Source: Gemmatimonadota bacterium
Lineage (GTDB): Bacteria > Gemmatimonadota > Gemmatimonadetes > Gemmatimonadales > GWC2-71-9
NCBI GenBank assembly: GCA_039591615.1
Contig: JBDHDH010000003.1
Location: 46,670-110,669 of the forward strand
Direction of reading: 5' to 3'
Length of the DNA: 64,000 nt
Numbering within the stretch: position 1 is the first letter of the stretch; each line of letters opens with the position of its first letter. Made by a program: the position numbers and the translations under genes. The notes below the pieces were generated by a model that was not told where the DNA came from, searched no databases, and was given only the letters and a program-made list of their open reading frames with translations. Below, piece by piece: positions 1 to 9,602 of this stretch.

Positions 1-150
1 CTGGATTGCCCGCCGCCGGGTGGGCTGTCAGCGGTCCGTGGTCTGGAGCTTCGCCTAGTGGGCGCGAGCGAGTACACGCCGCGAGGCGATTCCGGACCGC
101 AGACGTTCAACCTCGCGACCCGGGTGACGTTCCTGAACAAGGTGAACTGA
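1..150 (+). CDS. 3' end of an upstream gene (partial), possibly a PilW/PulJ-like minor pseudopilin
   Basis: Frame 1 is open from base 1 to TGA 148-150 and reads ...GLELRLVGASEYTPRGDSGPQTFNLATRVTFLNKVN*. The stop overlaps the next ATG (TGATG). It is absent from the ORF track because it has no start in the window. The family call rests on context only. Confidence 0.4.
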   Translation: MDCPPPGGLSAVRGLELRLVGASEYTPRGDSGPQTFNLATRVTFLNKVN

Positions 151-1232
151 TGCGCGGGAACGACCGGGGTTTCGCACTGCCGATCACCATCTTCATCGTC
201 ACGCTCGTGACAATCATGCTCTCGGCGATCCTCGTCCGGGTCGCTGCCGACCGTCGGATCGCCGAGTCGACCGGCGCAAGTGTCGATGCCGTCGCCATCG
301 CACACAGCGGTCTCCAGCGTTATTTCTCGCATTACGACTCTCTCGCCGTGCGGCCCCCCGACGGTGACTCCGTGCGATTCAACGTCACGGGCGGTTACGC
401 GGACGTTGTCGCCCACTTCGTCAGGCGGCCCGCTGACTCGCTAGAGAACCAGACATACGTCGTCCGTTCCATGGGACGCGTCATCGTTCCCACACAGGGC
501 TCCGATCCCCAGGCCGTGAGGCGGGTCGCGCAGTTCGCCCAGTGGCAGACCGGAAACATCGACGACGTTCCCGGAGCGTTTACCGCGCCGAACGGCGTCC
601 GGAGAACGGCCGGTGGAGTAGTCGAGATCTTGGGGAATGACCAATGCGCCACACCGACAACTGCCAAGATCGGCCTCCGCGCCCCCAACGGACCACTTCC
701 CGATCCGCTCGCAGCTTCAACTATCCAGGGTGCGAGTCCACCACCATGCTGTCCGCATTCACAGAGCGTCTGGGAGGGTGGAAACGGAAACGACGTTGCC
801 ATTGAGACCAACATCGACTGGCTGTCTATTGTCGCTGGCGACTTCGTGCCGGACTACACCAGTCCGCAGCTCGAGAACTGGAACTGGTCATCCCAGATGA
901 TCACGGGCGACCTGACCCTCGAAGATACCTGGGGATCGGGACTGCTCATCGTGACGGGCGATCTCGAGCTCCGCGGCGTCAGCGTCGATTGGTTCGGCAT
1001 CATCCTCGTCGGCGGCGAGATTGAGTTCAACGCCGTCACCAACTTCATTCGTGGCCTCGTCGTGAGTGGGCTCGACGAGCTCCTCGCTGGTACCAACCCG
1101 CCGCGCGGCGACTTGGGCGGAACCACCATCCGCATTTGGTACGATTCGTGCCACGTCACGGACGCGCTGCGGTCGCTCACAGGGTTCTCCCCCATCGCGA
1201 ACGCGTGGGTGGACAACTGGGCGACCTACTGA
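150..1232 (+). CDS. PilX-like / pseudopilin-like exported protein, paralog 1
   Basis: ORF 6-1232 trimmed to ATG 150, which aligns with the paralog start. The N-terminus MRGNDRGFALPITIFIVTLVTIMLSAILV is a short charged leader plus hydrophobic helix, as in PilX_N-type proteins. The C-terminal part has Gly-rich beta-helix-like repeats (LLIVTGDLELRG, GIILVGGEIEF, GLVVSG) and ends NAWVDNWATY. Confidence 0.6.
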   Translation: MRGNDRGFALPITIFIVTLVTIMLSAILVRVAADRRIAESTGASVDAVAIAHSGLQRYFSHYDSLAVRPPDGDSVRFNVTGGYADVVAHFVRRPADSLENQTYVVRSMGRVIVPTQGSDPQAVRRVAQFAQWQTGNIDDVPGAFTAPNGVRRTAGGVVEILGNDQCATPTTAKIGLRAPNGPLPDPLAASTIQGASPPPCCPHSQSVWEGGNGNDVAIETNIDWLSIVAGDFVPDYTSPQLENWNWSSQMITGDLTLEDTWGSGLLIVTGDLELRGVSVDWFGIILVGGEIEFNAVTNFIRGLVVSGLDELLAGTNPPRGDLGGTTIRIWYDSCHVTDALRSLTGFSPIANAWVDNWATY

Positions 1233-1277
1233 GGCGAAGCATCATGCAGTCGTTACGTGACTGGAGAGACCGTCCTG

Positions 1278-2330
1278 ATGACGAGGCCGCATCGAGAAGC
1301 AGGCTTTGCACTGCCAATCACCGTTTTCATTGTGACGCTCGTCACTTTGATGCTGGCCGCGATCTTCGTACGCGTCGAGGCCGACCGCCGCATTGCCGAA
1401 TCGAGCGGCTCGAGCGTCGACGCGATCGCCATTGCACATAGCGGTCTTCAGCGGTATTTCGCCCACTACGATACCCTGGGCTCCCGCCCCCCCGACGGTG
1501 ACTCCCTCCGTCTAAACGTCACAGGGGGATTTGCAGACGTCGTCGCACACTTCGTCCAACGCCCAGCCGACAGCATTGCGAACCTGACGTACCTCGTTCG
1601 ATCAACGGGACGCCTCATCCAGCCCACCCAGGGTTCGGACCCCCAGGCGCAGCGTACCGTTGCTCAATTTGCCCAATGGCAAACTGGAACCCTGGATGTC
1701 GTCGCGGCGTTCACCGCAGCGAACCGCTTCGACGATCCCGACGAGGACGATCCCACACTCGACATTCGGGGAGTCGATCAGTGCGGGGTACGGCCAGCCA
1801 CGACCGGTATCCGAGTGCCCGGGTCCCCGCCATCCTATCCGCCCATCGTGACGGGTTCTCCAGCAGTGAGCGGCGGAGGAAACGGAACCGGTGTGGCGGG
1901 CGAAACCGATATCGACTGGAACGCCGTGATCGCAGGCGGCTTCCTGCCCGATTATACCGCCCTGATCAATCTCGATACCTGGTCGTCCTATTTTATTAAT
2001 GGTGATGCAACCCTCAATACGGCGTCAGGGAGCGGTCTCCTCGTCGTAACCGGGGACCTCACCCTCGGCGGAGCGGGATCGTCGTGGCGCGGCGTCATCC
2101 TCGTGGGCGGTAGGATCATCTTCAGTGGAACCCTCAACGATCTCCGTGGCGTCGTCGTTTCGGGCCTGGAGTACATGAGTGGGGGAACGCCGCCCACCGG
2201 CTATTGGGGACCCGAAGATACCACGACCCGCATTTGGTACCACTCCTGTTACGTGGACAGCGCTCTCACTGCCGTCTCCGGCTTCGCCCCCATCCCCAAC
2301 GCATGGATCGACAACTGGGCCACCTACTGA
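1278..2330 (+). CDS. PilX-like / pseudopilin-like exported protein, paralog 2
   Basis: ORF 1257-2330; ATG 1278 gives MTRPHREAGFALPITVFIVTLVTLMLAAIFV. It is collinear with paralog 1, with highly similar N- and C-terminal thirds and the same terminal motif NAWIDNWATY. Confidence 0.6.
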   Translation: MTRPHREAGFALPITVFIVTLVTLMLAAIFVRVEADRRIAESSGSSVDAIAIAHSGLQRYFAHYDTLGSRPPDGDSLRLNVTGGFADVVAHFVQRPADSIANLTYLVRSTGRLIQPTQGSDPQAQRTVAQFAQWQTGTLDVVAAFTAANRFDDPDEDDPTLDIRGVDQCGVRPATTGIRVPGSPPSYPPIVTGSPAVSGGGNGTGVAGETDIDWNAVIAGGFLPDYTALINLDTWSSYFINGDATLNTASGSGLLVVTGDLTLGGAGSSWRGVILVGGRIIFSGTLNDLRGVVVSGLEYMSGGTPPTGYWGPEDTTTRIWYHSCYVDSALTAVSGFAPIPNAWIDNWATY

Positions 2331-2552
2331 CCGTGTGAGGCCCCAGGCCCGCTCGGCCGCACCGAGCATCCCGAACCGGAACGCACATTGGTGAGTGCCC
2401 TTCTTACCTGGGCTATCCTCGAGCCCGCGCGAAACGCACCACGACACCGAACCGTCCACGTGCCACATCATCCACCCAAGGACAACCCAACACTCGCCCC
2501 ACTAGATTCGATCTACGCGCCGCGATAACATTCCGCCGACACGAAGGCCCAT

Positions 2553-3200
2553 ATGAAGAAGACGGTCGCGCTCACCCCGCTAGCGGGTGGCTTCCTGCTA
2601 CCGGTCATCCTCTCTCTCGGGATCCTGGGATGTGGACGGAGTACCCCCGGCGGCGCATCTCCGTACCGTGGGACGATCCTCCCAACACCCTGGCCCAAAG
2701 TCGATTTCAGCCTCACGGCTACCGACGGCGAGCGGTTCGATTTTCGCCGGGAGACCGAAGGCTTCGTGACGCTCTTGTTCTTTGGGTACACCTCCTGTCC
2801 CGACATCTGCCCCGTACACATGGCGAATATCGCTGCGGTATTGGGGAAGCTCCCGCCAACCATCACCAATCAGGTGAAGGTGGTGTTCGTCTCCACCGAT
2901 CCCGCGCGGGACAAGCCCGAACGCATCCGGGAGTGGCTCGACCATTTCGACGCCGATTTCATCGGGCTGCGTGGCTCGCTCGAAACGGTCAATGCCATTC
3001 AGCAAGAGATCGGCCTACCCCCTGCTGTCGCGGCGAGATCAGAAGGCGAAGAGCACACAGTCGGCCACGCCGCTCAGGTGATCGCCTACACTCGCGACGA
3101 CTCGGCCCATGTCGTCTATCCGTTCGGCACGCGCCAGACCGATTGGGCACACGACCTCCCGAAGCTGGTTGTGGAAGATTGGGAAGGTGAGATGCCATGA
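2553..3200 (+). CDS. SCO1/SenC family copper chaperone (lipoprotein)
   Basis: Lipobox LGILGC, then a thioredoxin-like fold with the CPDIC (CxxxC) motif in the context FFGYTSCPDICP typical of SCO1/SenC. Confidence 0.85.
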   Translation: MKKTVALTPLAGGFLLPVILSLGILGCGRSTPGGASPYRGTILPTPWPKVDFSLTATDGERFDFRRETEGFVTLLFFGYTSCPDICPVHMANIAAVLGKLPPTITNQVKVVFVSTDPARDKPERIREWLDHFDADFIGLRGSLETVNAIQQEIGLPPAVAARSEGEEHTVGHAAQVIAYTRDDSAHVVYPFGTRQTDWAHDLPKLVVEDWEGEMP

Positions 3201-4051
3201 CCTGGTGGTGCTCGGCACAGGGCATCCCGTGGGACTGGACCTGGCGACCCTATCCCGGCGTTTGGCTCTTCATCGGCGTGCTGGTGGCAGGCTACATCGC
3301 AGCGCTGCAGAGGTGGAGGCCAGATCCCCTCGTCGGAGACCAGGACTCACTCCAACGCGCTCACATCGCCTCGTTCTCCGCTGGCATCCTGGTGCTGTGG
3401 ATCGCCGCAGACTGGCCGGTCGGCGCGTTGGGAGCCGGCTACCTGGTGAGCCTCCACACGCTACAGTACCTGTTGTTCGCCCTCGTTGCGCCGCCGCTCC
3501 TGCTCCAGGGCATCCCTCGGTGGGTGCTGCGGGAAATTCTACGAACGCGCTGGATTGGGATGCTCGCGCGCGGGCTGAGCCGGCCTCTTCTGGCCTTTGT
3601 TGTCTTCAATGTGGCCATGCTGGGCACCCACCTTCCGGCCGTGGTGGACGGCCTAGGGGGAAGCCAGTTTGGATCCTTCGGGATGGACATGGCGTGGCTC
3701 GTCTCCGGCATCGCCTTTTGGTGGCCCGTGATGGGACTGCTCCCGGAGCCCCATCACCTCTCGTACCCTGCGAGGATCGTCTATCTGATTCTCAACGTCT
3801 TCATTCCAACGGTGCCCGCTGCCTTCCTCACCTTCGCCGACTACCCCATCTACTCGCTGTACGAGCTGGCTCCACCGGTGCATGGCATCTCCGCCACCAC
3901 CGACCAGCAGCTCGCCGGTCTCACAATGAAGGTCGTGGGCGGACTGATCATCTTCGGTACGGCGAGTGTGTTGTTCTTCCGATGGCACCGGCGGGAAGAC
4001 GACGGCACCACGCAGTCGCTGGTCATCCCGAGCCTGCGCCCGGGATCATGA
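3197..4051 (+). CDS. ctaG: Cytochrome c oxidase assembly factor CtaG-like membrane protein
   Basis: ATGA overlap with the SCO1 gene. Polytopic membrane protein (MTWWCSAQGIPWDWTWRPYPGVWLFIG...) resembling the caa3-type CtaG family (COG3336), called by recollection and by SCO1 linkage. Confidence 0.65.
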   Translation: MTWWCSAQGIPWDWTWRPYPGVWLFIGVLVAGYIAALQRWRPDPLVGDQDSLQRAHIASFSAGILVLWIAADWPVGALGAGYLVSLHTLQYLLFALVAPPLLLQGIPRWVLREILRTRWIGMLARGLSRPLLAFVVFNVAMLGTHLPAVVDGLGGSQFGSFGMDMAWLVSGIAFWWPVMGLLPEPHHLSYPARIVYLILNVFIPTVPAAFLTFADYPIYSLYELAPPVHGISATTDQQLAGLTMKVVGGLIIFGTASVLFFRWHRREDDGTTQSLVIPSLRPGS

Positions 4052-4105
4052 CGAGAGCAGACGCACATCCCAAGGTCGTGGAGGTCGCCTCGGACGCTAC
4101 GGGAA

Positions 4106-4135
4106 GCCCCGGCGAGCGGAGAACGACGCCCGGGC
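4106..4135. terminator. Candidate hairpin between convergent ctaG and pepD
   Basis: gccccggcg (4106-4114) and cgcccgggc (4127-4135) pair at 8 of 9 positions around a 12-nt loop. No U-tract. Confidence 0.25.
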
Positions 4136-4196
4136 ATCGGAGGATCAACTCTTGCCTCGCGGCCGCTGGTCTACAACGCAACCCGGCTCGACGCCC

Positions 4197-5645
4197 TCAC
4201 GCCATCTCGTCTAACACCGCCGTCAACAGCTCGTAAAAGCGGCCCACCGACGCGACGTGCACACGCTCGTCGGGCGAGTGCGGGAATTCGATCTGGGGTC
4301 CAAAGGAGATCATGTCGAGCCCCGGGACCTTCTTGCCGATGATGCCGCATTCGAGCCCGGCGTGGATTGCCTTCACGCCCGGTTTCCGTCCCAGCGCTGT
4401 TTCGTGAACCCGCTGCACGATTGCGAGCAGCGGCGACCCGAGGTCGGGTTTCCACCCGGGATAGGCCTCGTCCTCCTCGACGGCGGCGCCGGCCAGCCCG
4501 GCAGTGGCTCGGATGCGCCGGCGCAGGGCCTCGAGCGCGCTGTCCACCGACGATCGCGAGCTCATCTTCACCACCACGGTCCCGTCGCGCGTCGCCACCT
4601 TGGCCAGGTTCGTACTCGTTTCGACCAGGTCGGGGATGGCGTAGCTCATCGCCAGCACGCCGTGCGGCAGGCTGTTCAGCAACTCCAGCACCGTGCGTGA
4701 TGCGTGCTCGTCCCACGCCGTCGCCGTCTCGCCGTCCTCCATTGTGCATCGCAGATCCGGGTCGGCGGGGGCGAACTCGGCTCGGACGGCATCCATCTCC
4801 ACGCGCAGCGCCGCCCCGAACCGCTCGCGCTCCGCGCCATCCACCACGACCGTGGCCGACGCTTCGCGCGGAATGGCGTTGTGGGCGCTCCCGCCCGCAA
4901 CGCCAGCCAGCCGCACCGGCGCGATCTGCGCCGCGCTCCAGAGCGCGCGGGCCAGGAGCTGAATAGCGTTGCCGCGCTGAAGATGGATGTCCACACCGGA
5001 ATGCCCGCCGCGTAGACCGGCGAGACCGACGCGCAGCACCTGTGCGCCAGCTGGCACCGCCTCGTCCCGCACGGGCACCGCGAGCACGCTGTCCCCACCG
5101 CCCGCGCATCCCACGTACAACACACCTTCTTCTTCGGAATCGAGATTGATGAGGCGGGTACCGCGCAACATTCCGCCGTCGAGCTGAGCGGCCCCCGTGA
5201 GGCCGCTCTCCTCATCGACGGTGAAGAGCAGCTCGAGCGGTCCGTGCGCCAGATCGGTTGCCTCGGCCAGCGCGAGCATGGCCGCCACGCCGACCCCGTT
5301 GTCGGAGCCGAGCGTCGTCCCCGTCGCCTTCAAGTAATCCCCTTCGCGCCGCGGCCGGATGGGATCCCTGGTGAAGTCGTGTGCCACATCCGAGTTCTTC
5401 TCGTTCACCATGTCCAGGTGGGACTGGAGAATCGTGATCGGCGCGTCGGTGCGCCCCGGCGTTCCCGGCTTTCGGAGTACGATGTTGCCGGCGGCGTCGG
5501 TGTCGTGTGCGAGACCCGTCCGCCCGGCAACCTCGAGGACGTATTCCCGCATGCGGGCCTCGTTTTTCGAGCCGCGCGGAATCGTGAGAATGGTGTCGAA
5601 GTGGCCCCAAAGAGCCTCAGGCGCGAGATCGGCGACGAACGTCAT
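4197..5645 (-). CDS. pepD: Aminoacyl-histidine (Xaa-His) dipeptidase PepD, M20 family
   Basis: The full-length 482 aa begins MTFVADLAPEALWGHFDTILTIPRGSKNE and contains HLDMV and GTTLGSDNGVG, characteristic of PepD. Confidence 0.85.
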   Translation of the reverse strand: MTFVADLAPEALWGHFDTILTIPRGSKNEARMREYVLEVAGRTGLAHDTDAAGNIVLRKPGTPGRTDAPITILQSHLDMVNEKNSDVAHDFTRDPIRPRREGDYLKATGTTLGSDNGVGVAAMLALAEATDLAHGPLELLFTVDEESGLTGAAQLDGGMLRGTRLINLDSEEEGVLYVGCAGGGDSVLAVPVRDEAVPAGAQVLRVGLAGLRGGHSGVDIHLQRGNAIQLLARALWSAAQIAPVRLAGVAGGSAHNAIPREASATVVVDGAERERFGAALRVEMDAVRAEFAPADPDLRCTMEDGETATAWDEHASRTVLELLNSLPHGVLAMSYAIPDLVETSTNLAKVATRDGTVVVKMSSRSSVDSALEALRRRIRATAGLAGAAVEEDEAYPGWKPDLGSPLLAIVQRVHETALGRKPGVKAIHAGLECGIIGKKVPGLDMISFGPQIEFPHSPDERVHVASVGRFYELLTAVLDEMA

Positions 5646-5691
5646 GTGATATCTCCCGGTTCAGGCCGGAAAATACAGCGAACGCCTCCGT

Positions 5692-5721
5692 TTGACAGTC
5701 CTCCGGAACGGGCGCTACTAT
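5692..5721 (+). promoter_or_regulatory. Sigma70-like promoter candidate for the OPT transporter gene
   Basis: TTGACA (5692-5697), an 18-nt spacer, then TACTAT (5716-5721). It lies about 30 nt upstream of ATG 5753, which is preceded by agaggg. Confidence 0.4.
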
Positions 5722-5752
5722 GTGCCGTCTTTCTCCGACCTCCAGAGGGCTC

Positions 5753-7735
5753 ATGGCGGACAAACCGTTCCGGCCGTTCGTACCGGCCTCGGAGCAGCTT
5801 CCTGAATTGACATTCAAGGCGCTCGCGTTGGGCGTCGTCATGGCCGTGGCGCTTGGCGCCGCCAACGCGTATGTGGGCATGCGCGCCGGGCTCACCGTAG
5901 CCGCCACCTTTCCCGCCGCGGTCGTCGCGATGGCTGTCCTTCGCATCTTCCGCGGCTCGATCCTCGAGGAGAACATCGCACGTACCACCGCCTCGGTCGG
6001 CGAGGCGCTCGTGGCGGGCGCCATCTTCACGATTCCCGCGTTTCTGATCAGCGGGGCCTGGGACGAACTGCTCTACTTCCAGAGCACCGCAATCATGCTC
6101 GTGGGCGGTGTGCTGGGCGTGCTTTTCGTGATCGTGCTTCGGCGCACGCTGGTGGTCGAGGCGGACCTGCCTTTCCCCGAGAGCGTGGCGGCGAGCGAAA
6201 TCGTGAAGGCGGGCCAGGGGCACCAGACGGGTGCCTCATATCTGTTCGGCGCCATGGGCATCGCCGGTCTCTGGGAGCTCCTGAAGAACCCGAACGGCAT
6301 GCAGTTCGTCCGGGACAGCACGACCGGGTTCGTCGAATTCGGCAGCTCCACGATCAACCTCCTGCAGCAGCGGTTTGAGTACGCGGGCGGCATCCTCCTC
6401 GCCACACCGTCAGCCTCGCCGATGCTCATGGGCGTCGGGTACATCGTGGGCACGCGCATCTCGGCGGTCCTGTTCAGCGGTGCCGTGCTGGGCTGGCTCC
6501 TGTTGGTGCCCCTGGCGCTCTTCCTGAACCCGGGGCTCACCACGGCGCTCGGGCCAGACCAGACACTTTCCGACCTCGCCAACGAGGTCTGGTCGCGCCA
6601 GATCCGGCCCTTGGCCGTGGGTGCGATGATCGTGGCGGCGTTCTATACGCTGTTCAACCTGCGGCGCTCGCTGATCGCCGGCATTAGCAAAGCGCTGGGG
6701 CACATCACGCTGGGCGCGACGGCGGCTGCCGAGCGGACCGAGATCGACCTCGACTTCAAGAAGGTCTTCATCGCGATCGGGGTTGTGTCCATCGCGACCT
6801 TCTTCCTGTACCTACACTTCTCGGAATCGATCATCGGAGCCCTCGTGCTGACCGTGGTCATGGTGGTCATCGGCTTCCTGTTCGCCGCGGTCGCCGGCTA
6901 CTTGGTGGCCCTGATCGGGAGCTCGAACAATCCGATCTCCGGCCTCACGCTCAGCGCGCTGATCATCGCCGCGGTCCTGATGGTCTTCCTCGGGTTGACC
7001 GACGTGCACGGGGTCGCCGCCGTGCTCGGCATCGCCGGCGTCGTCTGCTGCGCCGCCGGGATCGCGGGCGACATGATGCAGGATCTCAAGGTCGGGCACA
7101 TTCTCGGCGGCAGCCCGTGGCGGATGCAGGCCGGCGAGCTGGTCGGTGTGGTGTTCGCCGCGGCCGTAATGACCTTCCCGCTGATCGCGCTGCACCGCGT
7201 GTACACGATCGGATCGGCTGAGCTTCCCGCGCCGCAGGCGGGGCTCATGGCACTGATGGCCAACGGCATCGTGGCCGGCGACATGGCATGGCCGCTCGTC
7301 ATCACGGGCATGTTCCTCGCCATCGGACTGATCCTGATTTCGGCGCCGGCACCCATGCTCATCGCCGTGGGGATGTACCTGCCGTTTCAGTCGACCGCCG
7401 CCATCTTCGCAGGCGGCATCGTGCGCTGGCTGTTCACCGTCCACGCCAAGCGGCGGGGCATGTCGGACGACGAACGCGCCCGGGGCGAGAACACCGGTGT
7501 CTTGCTCTCGTCCGGGTTCATCGCCGGGGAGTCCCTCATGGCGGTGATTCTTGCGCTTCTGGTGATCGGCGGAGATTTCGCCCCGTGGCTGCTGGCGTTC
7601 CAGCGGCTAACCGCCGGGATTGAGCCCAGCTTCTGGTTGAGCCTTGCTGCCTATCCGCTCGTGATCTACCTGCTCGTCTTCTTCGCAGTGCGGAAGGGTC
7701 GCGAGGGCGGGATGCCGGCCACGAAGGTCGAGTAG
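5753..7735 (+). CDS. OPT family oligopeptide transporter
   Basis: ORF 5720-7735 trimmed to ATG 5753 (MADKPFRPFVPASEQLPELTFKALALGVVM...). Large polytopic protein with the typical OPT N-terminal pattern LT.RA..LG.....GAAN.YVG...GLT. Confidence 0.85.
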   Translation: MADKPFRPFVPASEQLPELTFKALALGVVMAVALGAANAYVGMRAGLTVAATFPAAVVAMAVLRIFRGSILEENIARTTASVGEALVAGAIFTIPAFLISGAWDELLYFQSTAIMLVGGVLGVLFVIVLRRTLVVEADLPFPESVAASEIVKAGQGHQTGASYLFGAMGIAGLWELLKNPNGMQFVRDSTTGFVEFGSSTINLLQQRFEYAGGILLATPSASPMLMGVGYIVGTRISAVLFSGAVLGWLLLVPLALFLNPGLTTALGPDQTLSDLANEVWSRQIRPLAVGAMIVAAFYTLFNLRRSLIAGISKALGHITLGATAAAERTEIDLDFKKVFIAIGVVSIATFFLYLHFSESIIGALVLTVVMVVIGFLFAAVAGYLVALIGSSNNPISGLTLSALIIAAVLMVFLGLTDVHGVAAVLGIAGVVCCAAGIAGDMMQDLKVGHILGGSPWRMQAGELVGVVFAAAVMTFPLIALHRVYTIGSAELPAPQAGLMALMANGIVAGDMAWPLVITGMFLAIGLILISAPAPMLIAVGMYLPFQSTAAIFAGGIVRWLFTVHAKRRGMSDDERARGENTGVLLSSGFIAGESLMAVILALLVIGGDFAPWLLAFQRLTAGIEPSFWLSLAAYPLVIYLLVFFAVRKGREGGMPATKVE

Positions 7736-7808
7736 CAGCGGCCGATCAGGGCCCGGCCGCCTCCGCTCGGCGGGGGCAGCCCGGCCTTTCGGCGTAAGGA
7801 GACCCCTC

Positions 7809-8183
7809 GTGGGACGCCGCCGACGCGATGCCGACCTGCAGGACGTGAACCTCCTGGAGCTGGTCCCCGTACGACTCGCGGAATGGGAGGAGATCGACGG
7901 CCGCGTGCTGGTGCATCGACCGCGGCCTGCCGGGCGGGGGGTGCGAGCGGTCATGCACCGGCTCTTCTATCATCTCTCGGCGCGCCGAATCCGGCTCGAC
8001 GATGTCGGGTCGTTCACCTGGCGCGAGCTGGACGGCGAGCAGTCTGTCGAGATGATCGCGCGGAAGCTCCGGGCCGAGTTCGGGGAGCGCGTCGAGCCCG
8101 CCGAAGAGCGGCTGGGTCACATGGTACGGGTCCTGCACCGTGAGGAGCTCATCGCGTACCCGGGTTGGGATGAGGGGCCATGA
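7809..8183 (+). CDS. PqqD family protein (RiPP-recognition-element-like)
   Basis: 124 aa with a GTG start. The C-terminal half (DDVGSFTWRELDGEQSVEMIARKLRAEFGERVEPAEERLGHMVRVLHREELI) matches the PqqD winged-helix pattern. Confidence 0.6.
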   Translation: MGRRRRDADLQDVNLLELVPVRLAEWEEIDGRVLVHRPRPAGRGVRAVMHRLFYHLSARRIRLDDVGSFTWRELDGEQSVEMIARKLRAEFGERVEPAEERLGHMVRVLHREELIAYPGWDEGP

Positions 8184-8189
8184 ATTACC

Positions 8190-8228
8190 CGATCCGACGG
8201 GGATTCCAGCCGGCGTTGATTCGGATCG
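8190..8228. terminator. Candidate hairpin between convergent pqqD-like and ndh genes
   Basis: cgatccga (8190-8197) and tcggatcg (8221-8228) form a perfect 8-bp stem with a 23-nt loop, starting 7 nt after the TGA at 8181-8183. Confidence 0.3.
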
Positions 8229-8336
8229 TCATTCCAGAGGCAGGACGTACACCACCTGCTCGACGCGCCCCGGCGTGTCCAGGTTCGAGACGGCACCGCC
8301 GGCTGGCGTGTTGAGGCAGCCCACCGTTCTCGATGA

Positions 8337-9602
8337 CTAGGCGGCGGGAGCCGGCGCATCGGTGGTGATGTCCGGCTCGAAGATTCGGTTCAACGCGAGC
8401 GTGACGAGGACGCGAATCTTGTTCTTGGTGCCAACGAGCTTGAGCAGGTACGCTCCCCGGTAGATCCACCACGCCAGCGCCCCGGTGATGCGGATGCCCA
8501 GGAGATCGACGAGCGCGACACCGGCCCCCAGTGAGATGATCTTGCCCGCATGGTGGGCCTGGTACGGCTCCAAGTCCCGTCCCAGCGCATGATTCTCGAT
8601 GTTGGCCGCCGCCCGGATCCCTTGACTGATCGCGATAGGCGCCACGCGGGGATACGGCCGACCGGCACGATCGTCCTCCAGTGTTGTCACGTCCCCGACG
8701 GCATAGACGTTTTCGTAGCCTTGTACCTGCAGGAACGGATTGATCTTGATAGCGCCCCGCTCGGTGGGAACGGCAAGCTGCGCAGCCCACGGCGCTGGCG
8801 CAGTTCCCGCCGTCCAAATGAGGGTGTTCGCGGGCACCTCCGCCAAACCGTCCGCGCTCGTCGTGACGACGAGCCCAGAGCGGACGTCAGCTATCCGTGT
8901 ATGAAGGCGTACCTCGATCCCGCGCTCCCGCAGACGCGTTAGCCCAGCCCGGGCCAATTCCCCATCCCAACCGGGGAGAATGCGATCACCACCATCGGCC
9001 AGAATGACCTTGGTCGGCGGAACGCGCGGGTAGTACGGCCGCAGCGTCACGTTCCCCAACGTATGAACCTCACTGGCCACTTCAACGCCCGCAGGTCCGG
9101 CCCCAGCAACGACGAACGTCAACAGTCGTTGCCGGGCTTGCTCGTCCGTCGTCAGGGTAGCGCGCTCCAGGGCGCCAATGACACGGTCGCGGATTGCGAG
9201 GGCGTCGTCCACCGAGGTGAGGGCAAGACTGTGGTGCCGTAGATTCTCGTTGCCAAAGAAGCGCGGTTCAGCGCCGACGGCGATCACCAGATAGTCGAAT
9301 GAGAGCGTGGTCCGCGTCGTGCGTAGCACCCCTGCCGACACATCGATGTCACGTGCAGCGTCCTGCACGAACTGGAACCCGTAGCGTCCACCGAGGACGC
9401 GATAGGGGTATGTGACATGTTGCCGACCCAGCGTGCCGGCGGCAACCTCGGCAAGGAGGGGTGTAAAGGTGAAGTAGTTTCTTCGGTCGACCAATGTGAT
9501 GTGGGCCCCTCGCTCGGCAAGCTCGGAGCGAGATAAATAGGTTGCCGCGTACAAACCTCCAAAGCCACCACCCACGACGACGATTTGGAGTTTCTCGAAC
9601 AT
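8337..9602 (-). CDS. ndh: Type II NADH dehydrogenase (NDH-2), FAD/NAD(P)-binding
   Basis: ORF 8337-9722 trimmed to ATG 9602 (MFEKLQIVVVGGGFGGLYAA...). It has two Rossmann motifs, VVVGGGFGG and VVAGAGPAGVE. ATGA overlap with the upstream gene. Confidence 0.85.
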   Translation of the reverse strand: MFEKLQIVVVGGGFGGLYAATYLSRSELAERGAHITLVDRRNYFTFTPLLAEVAAGTLGRQHVTYPYRVLGGRYGFQFVQDAARDIDVSAGVLRTTRTTLSFDYLVIAVGAEPRFFGNENLRHHSLALTSVDDALAIRDRVIGALERATLTTDEQARQRLLTFVVAGAGPAGVEVASEVHTLGNVTLRPYYPRVPPTKVILADGGDRILPGWDGELARAGLTRLRERGIEVRLHTRIADVRSGLVVTTSADGLAEVPANTLIWTAGTAPAPWAAQLAVPTERGAIKINPFLQVQGYENVYAVGDVTTLEDDRAGRPYPRVAPIAISQGIRAAANIENHALGRDLEPYQAHHAGKIISLGAGVALVDLLGIRITGALAWWIYRGAYLLKLVGTKNKIRVLVTLALNRIFEPDITTDAPAPAA

